From Planctomycetota bacterium (GTDB lineage Bacteria > Planctomycetota > Phycisphaerae > SM23-33 > FEN-1343), in NCBI GenBank assembly GCA_012514895.1, contig JAAYZK010000107.1:1-27378 (forward strand): DNA of 27,378 bases, given 5' to 3'. A model generated the notes under the pieces. That model did no database searches. It was not told the origin of the DNA and was given only the letters and a program-made list of their open reading frames with translations. This document shows positions 24,001-27,378 of this stretch, piece by piece; positions within the stretch are counted from its first letter, which is position 1; each line of letters opens with the position of its first letter. Made by a program: the position numbers and the translations under genes.

Positions 24001-26383
24001 GATGGAGACCACGCTGGGCCTGCTGCGGTACGGCCCGGCCGAGCGGGCGCTGGCGACGACGTTCTGGGGGCTGTGGGACGACGACAGCGACGGACAGAAA
24101 TGGCGGCTCAAGTCCCGCCTGGCGGCGATGGGGCACCTCCGCCGCCTCTTCGACCACGCCGCCGACGGCGGCCGCGACATCGCCGACCTGCGGGGGCGCC
24201 TGGAGCGATTCGCCCAGGCGACGCGGCTGTTCCCCGTCGAGCTGTGCGGCACGGCCGCCGAGTACCTTTTCCACGAACTGCTGGCCGCCAGACCGTTCGC
24301 GGTCTCGCAGCGGGCGGTCCAGTTGAAGGGCGACTTCCTCCGCCACCTGGAGCGGCAGGGTTTCGACGCGACCTTCCGGGCGGCCCTGGACGCCGTCGGC
24401 GCCGAACCCGCCGAGGCCTTCCGCCTGCGACGGGACTGGGTCCGGGCGTACCTGGCCGGCAACGGCCACGCCGACGACGCCGACGAGGTCGCCGCGCTCC
24501 TGGACGACGAGGACGCCGAGCGCACGGTCATCGCCGCCGAGACCACGGTGGAACTGACCGGCCTGGTCGGCTCGCACCCGCTCATCCGGGACGGCCGCTA
24601 CACGCTCGACTACCTGCGATTCGTCGGCCGCCTCGACCGCCACCAGCGGGTCGTCGCCCCGGCGTTCGCCCGATTCCAGGAGGCCAAGAAGGCCCTCACG
24701 GAGCAGTTCGCGCGGCAGTTGCGGCTCAGCGAGTTCGAGCCGCGGGTCCTGACGACGTTCGTCCGCAACCGGCTGATCGACCGGGTATACCTGCCGCTGC
24801 TGGGCGACAACCTGGCCAAGCAGATCGGTTCGGCCGGCGCGCAGAAGCGCACGGACCGCCAGGGGCTGCTGCTGCTGATCAGCCCGCCGGGGTATGGCAA
24901 GACGACGCTGATGGAGTACATCGCCAACCGCCTGGGGCTGATCTTCATGAAGATCAACGGCCCGGCCGTCGGCCACGCCGTCACCAGCCTGGACCCCGAC
25001 GAGGCCCCCAACGCCGCCGGGCGGGCCGAACTGCAGAAGCTCAACCTCGCCTTCGAGATGGGCGACAACGTGATGATCTACCTGGACGACATCCAGCACT
25101 GCAGCCCCGAATTGCTGCAGAAGTTCATCTCGCTGTGCGACGCCCAGCGGCGGGTCGAGGGCGTCTACAAGGGCCGCACCCGCACGTACGACCTGCGGGG
25201 CAAGCGCGTCTGCGTCGTCATGGCCGGCAACCCCTACACCGAGAGCGGGGAGACCTTCCGCATCCCGGACATGCTGGCCAACCGCGCCGACACGTACAAC
25301 ATCGGCGATATCGTCGGCGACAACTACGAGAGCTTCGTCGACAGCTACATCGAGAACTGCCTGACCTCCAACCCCGTCCTCGCCCCGCTCGCCCAGAGAA
25401 GCCAGGCCGACGTGTACAGCGTCATGAAGCTCGCGGGCGGCGCGTCGAGCGACGGGATCGACTTCGAAGGGCAGTACGCGCCCGACGAACTGAACCAGTT
25501 CGTCGCCACGATGAAGAAGCTCTTCGTCGTCCGCGAGGTCCTGCTGAAGGTCAACCAGCAGTACATCCGCTCGGCCGGCCAGGCCGACGAGTACCGCACC
25601 GAGCCGCCCTTCCTGCTGCAGGGCTCGTATCGCAACATGAACCGCATCGCCGCGCGCGTCGTGGCGGTGATGAACGACGCCGAACTGTGGACGCTGATCC
25701 TGGCGGCCTACGAGCAGGACGCCCAGACGCTCACCACCGGCGCCGAAAGCAACCTCCTGAAGTTCAAGGAGATGGTCGGCCGCCTCCGCGATGACGAGAA
25801 GGACCGCTGGGAGGCCATCAAGGCCACCTACCGCCGCCGCCAGTTGCTCGGCGGCAGCGACGAGGACAAGATCACGCAGGTCATCCGCCAGATCAACGCC
25901 CTCTCCGGGGGCCTGGACACCATCGGCGCCGCACTGGGCAAAGGCAGGGAGCAGTTCGCCGGCCTGGCCGGCGGGCTGGAGGGCATCCGCGCCGCCGTCG
26001 AGAAGGCGGCCGCCGCCGGGCGGACGGACGAGGGCCTCGCCGAACGGCTCGACGAAGTCGTCGCCGCCATCCGCCGGCAGGCGGCCCTGACGGCCGAGAC
26101 CGCGCGGCGGCACGAGGCGCTGACGATCAACGACAACGCCCAGACGCTGGTGGCGGTGCTCGAGGAGCAGTTCCAGATGCTCGAAACGTGGCTGGCGCCC
26201 GTCGAGCGCAGCGTCGAAGGGCGGGCGCAGTACATCGGCGACCTGATCGAGCGATTCCAGGCCATGGTTGAGGGGTATACTCAGTTGATCGCCCTGTTGA
26301 ACCGCAAGCGTGCCCTGCCGCAGGCGGGCGAGCCCCGGTTGGGCGATCCGGATGCGGCGCCGGACGAGGATAGGGGCGTGTAG
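21050..26383 (+). CDS. Giant (1777 aa) uncharacterised cytoplasmic protein. N-terminal beta-rich region of about 480 aa, a central coiled-coil/helical region of about 700 aa, and a C-terminal MoxR/AAA_5-like P-loop ATPase module (Walker A ISPPGYGKTT, Walker B-like MIYLDDIQH, sensor-1 VVMAGNPY, Arg in MLANRAD).
   Basis: Single uninterrupted ORF with protein-like composition throughout. No signal peptide or TM segments seen by eye. AAA_5/MoxR-like motif order in residues about 1290-1480. All overlapping long ORFs are Arg/Gly/Pro-rich artefacts. Confidence 0.85.
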   Translation: MADNPTTQSQTDSPSSDIQLEGGTYEIIRNRLRKHADDLRGRLDRLNEARKAVFGAIETKLLSSERITTDNNCIPRDMITVGERFLFGYNVFIGLRSETRLEDVFAMVRRTEGRFAAEPLDAIADKAFLAEFRNLYQYYRGATFAKFAVLGPCLYMVFRVGRGAADIKAFKWRLTGDGGLEYADSRSTHEFVFPPQHEFAWTRATHDMHRSGACPHVSIEDRLFVETVGGDLTIKIEDNTATGEGVYSEPVDNADQTLDDAEIHYAVVGNLILLKIRPYQEEAYRHLVFNEKTQDVVRIDSIADACVLLPDGHGLIFPKGYYLQTGQQKLFNNDMEGMVFEKRLASPNGEDHLYVFYNPDSGQYVLLSYNVITQEVATPIACGGYCLFDDGTLMYFRAGDEPQRHHVIQIWQTPYCAADRLTAAPSDTYLFKIGNREIVRCMAECGELLTLLAKEDSYANLYVDLARRAEDIRDAYFWLGSAEAYDLAEPLGQIHAAAASAIEEYEKVVRTRQETARQIAAVDKRVGELLNRSKRDPLNDVDAYVALLADLRAVRGEVVTLRELRYVDAAKVEALDQQVAARTDELSAGCVEFLLQEDSLRPYHDRVEALDAEIPQAATAAAAREVAQAVAQTGRELEMLTEIVSNLRIDDATKTTAIIDGISLVYQRLNQVKSSLRNRLDELGRAEGQAEFASQTRLLDQAAANYLDVCDAPGKCDDYLARLMAQAETLEARFADFDEFILALTAKREELYNAFEGRKVQLVEQRNRRATALMTSAERILKGIANRVAAMDDLNAIGGYFAGDLMIERLRATIDQLEQLGDTVKAEDVRSRLKSIQQETVRQLKDRQALYEDGDNVIRLGEHRFAVNRQPLELTIVHRDGGLWFHLAGTGFFEPIADEAVESCRDVWGLEVISETPEVYRAEYLAWQFLAAARADGSLAGLAAAEPAALQERVRAFMAGRYAEGYVKGVHDADAAAIAAALVRMETTLGLLRYGPAERALATTFWGLWDDDSDGQKWRLKSRLAAMGHLRRLFDHAADGGRDIADLRGRLERFAQATRLFPVELCGTAAEYLFHELLAARPFAVSQRAVQLKGDFLRHLERQGFDATFRAALDAVGAEPAEAFRLRRDWVRAYLAGNGHADDADEVAALLDDEDAERTVIAAETTVELTGLVGSHPLIRDGRYTLDYLRFVGRLDRHQRVVAPAFARFQEAKKALTEQFARQLRLSEFEPRVLTTFVRNRLIDRVYLPLLGDNLAKQIGSAGAQKRTDRQGLLLLISPPGYGKTTLMEYIANRLGLIFMKINGPAVGHAVTSLDPDEAPNAAGRAELQKLNLAFEMGDNVMIYLDDIQHCSPELLQKFISLCDAQRRVEGVYKGRTRTYDLRGKRVCVVMAGNPYTESGETFRIPDMLANRADTYNIGDIVGDNYESFVDSYIENCLTSNPVLAPLAQRSQADVYSVMKLAGGASSDGIDFEGQYAPDELNQFVATMKKLFVVREVLLKVNQQYIRSAGQADEYRTEPPFLLQGSYRNMNRIAARVVAVMNDAELWTLILAAYEQDAQTLTTGAESNLLKFKEMVGRLRDDEKDRWEAIKATYRRRQLLGGSDEDKITQVIRQINALSGGLDTIGAALGKGREQFAGLAGGLEGIRAAVEKAAAAGRTDEGLAERLDEVVAAIRRQAALTAETARRHEALTINDNAQTLVAVLEEQFQMLETWLAPVERSVEGRAQYIGDLIERFQAMVEGYTQLIALLNRKRALPQAGEPRLGDPDAAPDEDRGV

Positions 26384-26394
26384 AGGATGTACCG

Positions 26395-27063
26395 ATGGGA
26401 CTGATCAGCCGTCTGCGGCGCATTACCCGGGGGCGGATCGAGGCGTTTCTGGACGCCCTGGAAGACCCCGCCCTCATCGTGCCCCAGTTGATCGACGAAC
26501 TCGCCGACCAGGTGAAGGTGGCCGCGAACGCCGAGGCCAAGTCACTGACGGCCGTCAAGGCGCACCAGCGGAAGCTGGATGAAGCGACGGGCCGTGCGCT
26601 GCGGATGCAGCGGGGCGCCGAACTGGCGCTGGCGGCCGGCAAGGAGGATCTCGCCCGCCAGGCGGTGGCTCTCCAGCTTCAGGCCGAGCGCGACCAGCAG
26701 TCGCTGCGCGACATGCTCGCCGGCGCCCAGGCCGCCCACGCTGAAGCCCGCACCGTCCGCCGGCAGCTCGCCGCCGAACTGGAGTCGCTCCGCGCCCGTC
26801 GCGGGGAGCTGATCCGCCGCGCCAAGGCGCCTTCGGGCCCCGCACCCGCCCGCATCGCCTCGGACGGCCGGCGCCTGCTGGACGACGTCGCCCGCATGGA
26901 GGAGAAGGCCGTCGATGCTTCCGACGCCGCCGACGCCGCCGACGAGACCGCAGCACTGATCGAATCGGACCTCGCCTCCCGCCAGGTCGACGACCTCCTC
27001 CGCGACAACGAGGTCCAGCGGAGACTGGAGGACCTCAGGAAGCAGGTGGGCGGGCCCGGGTGA
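26395..27063 (+). CDS. pspA: PspA/IM30-family (ESCRT-III-like) protein, paralog 3 (222 aa), 11 bp downstream of the giant ATPase gene.
   Basis: MGLISRLRRITRGRIEAFLDALEDPALIVPQLIDEL matches the PspA/Vipp1 N-terminal block. Coiled-coil rich. A GAGG lies 7 nt upstream of the ATG. Confidence 0.85.
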   Translation: MGLISRLRRITRGRIEAFLDALEDPALIVPQLIDELADQVKVAANAEAKSLTAVKAHQRKLDEATGRALRMQRGAELALAAGKEDLARQAVALQLQAERDQQSLRDMLAGAQAAHAEARTVRRQLAAELESLRARRGELIRRAKAPSGPAPARIASDGRRLLDDVARMEEKAVDASDAADAADETAALIESDLASRQVDDLLRDNEVQRRLEDLRKQVGGPG

Positions 27064-27378
27064 CCGGTTCTATTCGGCGGAACGCCGCTGGATCTCTCCC
27101 CCTCCGAGAGAAACTCGCCCTGAGCCTGTCGAAAAGGCAGGATCGCAGACCGGATGTCCCGGGGCGCAGCGCGAGCGGAGCAGGGCGAGGGCGATTGCCC
27201 GGCAGCGGACGGTTCGCACCGCCCCGTGCCGCAACCTCTCCACCGCCGGGGGAGATCGGCCCGAAGGACCGGGTGGGGGCAGCCTTGGACGAACTACAGC
27301 GGTCGCAGGCGGGCGCGGGCTGGCCGGGCCCTCACGCCCACCCTTCGACTCCGCTCAGAACCGGCGCGGCCTGCGGCC

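Noticed and set aside
18862-26113. 808-aa and 1762-aa minus-strand ORFs and the 1137-aa plus-strand alternative-frame ORF (22381-25794)
   Set aside because: They are antisense or frame-shifted relative to the flotillin and giant ATPase genes. They are extreme in R/G/D/L with no motifs. The sense ORFs have clear domain content.
27064-27378. Weak inverted repeat GATCTCTCCCCC / GGGGGAGATC (27100-27112 and 27248-27258) and a possible gene start at the window edge
   Set aside because: The arms are not truly complementary (an extra GA), and there is too little sequence to call a gene at the edge.
1-27378. CRISPR arrays, rRNA genes, and IS/transposase or integrase genes
   Set aside because: No regularly spaced direct repeats, no rRNA-like conserved blocks and no transposase- or integrase-like ORFs were seen anywhere in the window.

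Overview
This is a high-GC window, probably from a Planctomycetota-like genome (an inference from base composition and the style of the intergenic regions). The left two-thirds is housekeeping: serC-serA (minus strand), tRNA-Ala, mutL, a large S41 C-terminal processing protease, ilvC, a cytoplasmic GH3 beta-glucosidase, an aldo-keto reductase, a WrbA/flavodoxin-like protein and tRNA-Leu. The right third, about 16.5-27.1 kb, all on the plus strand, is the part worth attention. It is a tight cluster of three PspA/IM30 (bacterial ESCRT-III-like) paralogs, a short NfeD-like membrane protein translationally coupled to the second pspA, an SPFH/flotillin-family protein, and a giant 1777-aa cytoplasmic protein. 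That giant protein has a long coiled-coil middle and a C-terminal MoxR/AAA_5-type P-loop ATPase module, and the third pspA follows it after an 11-bp gap. PspA-SPFH and NfeD-flotillin links are established. The giant AAA+ partner together with three ESCRT-III-like paralogs looks like an undescribed membrane-remodeling or membrane-stress system, with the giant ATPase as a possible Vps4 analogue. Other points: an array of GAAAC/GTTTCG motifs arranged as a long imperfect inverted repeat between serC and serA; a REP-like element present at two intergenic sites; an apparently frameshifted secreted CxxC protein and an orphan SdrD-B-like fragment in a decayed-looking stretch downstream of tRNA-Ala; and a small Cys4 acidic protein upstream of ilvC. 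Most long ORFs in the six-frame track are antisense or alternative-frame artefacts typical of high-GC DNA.
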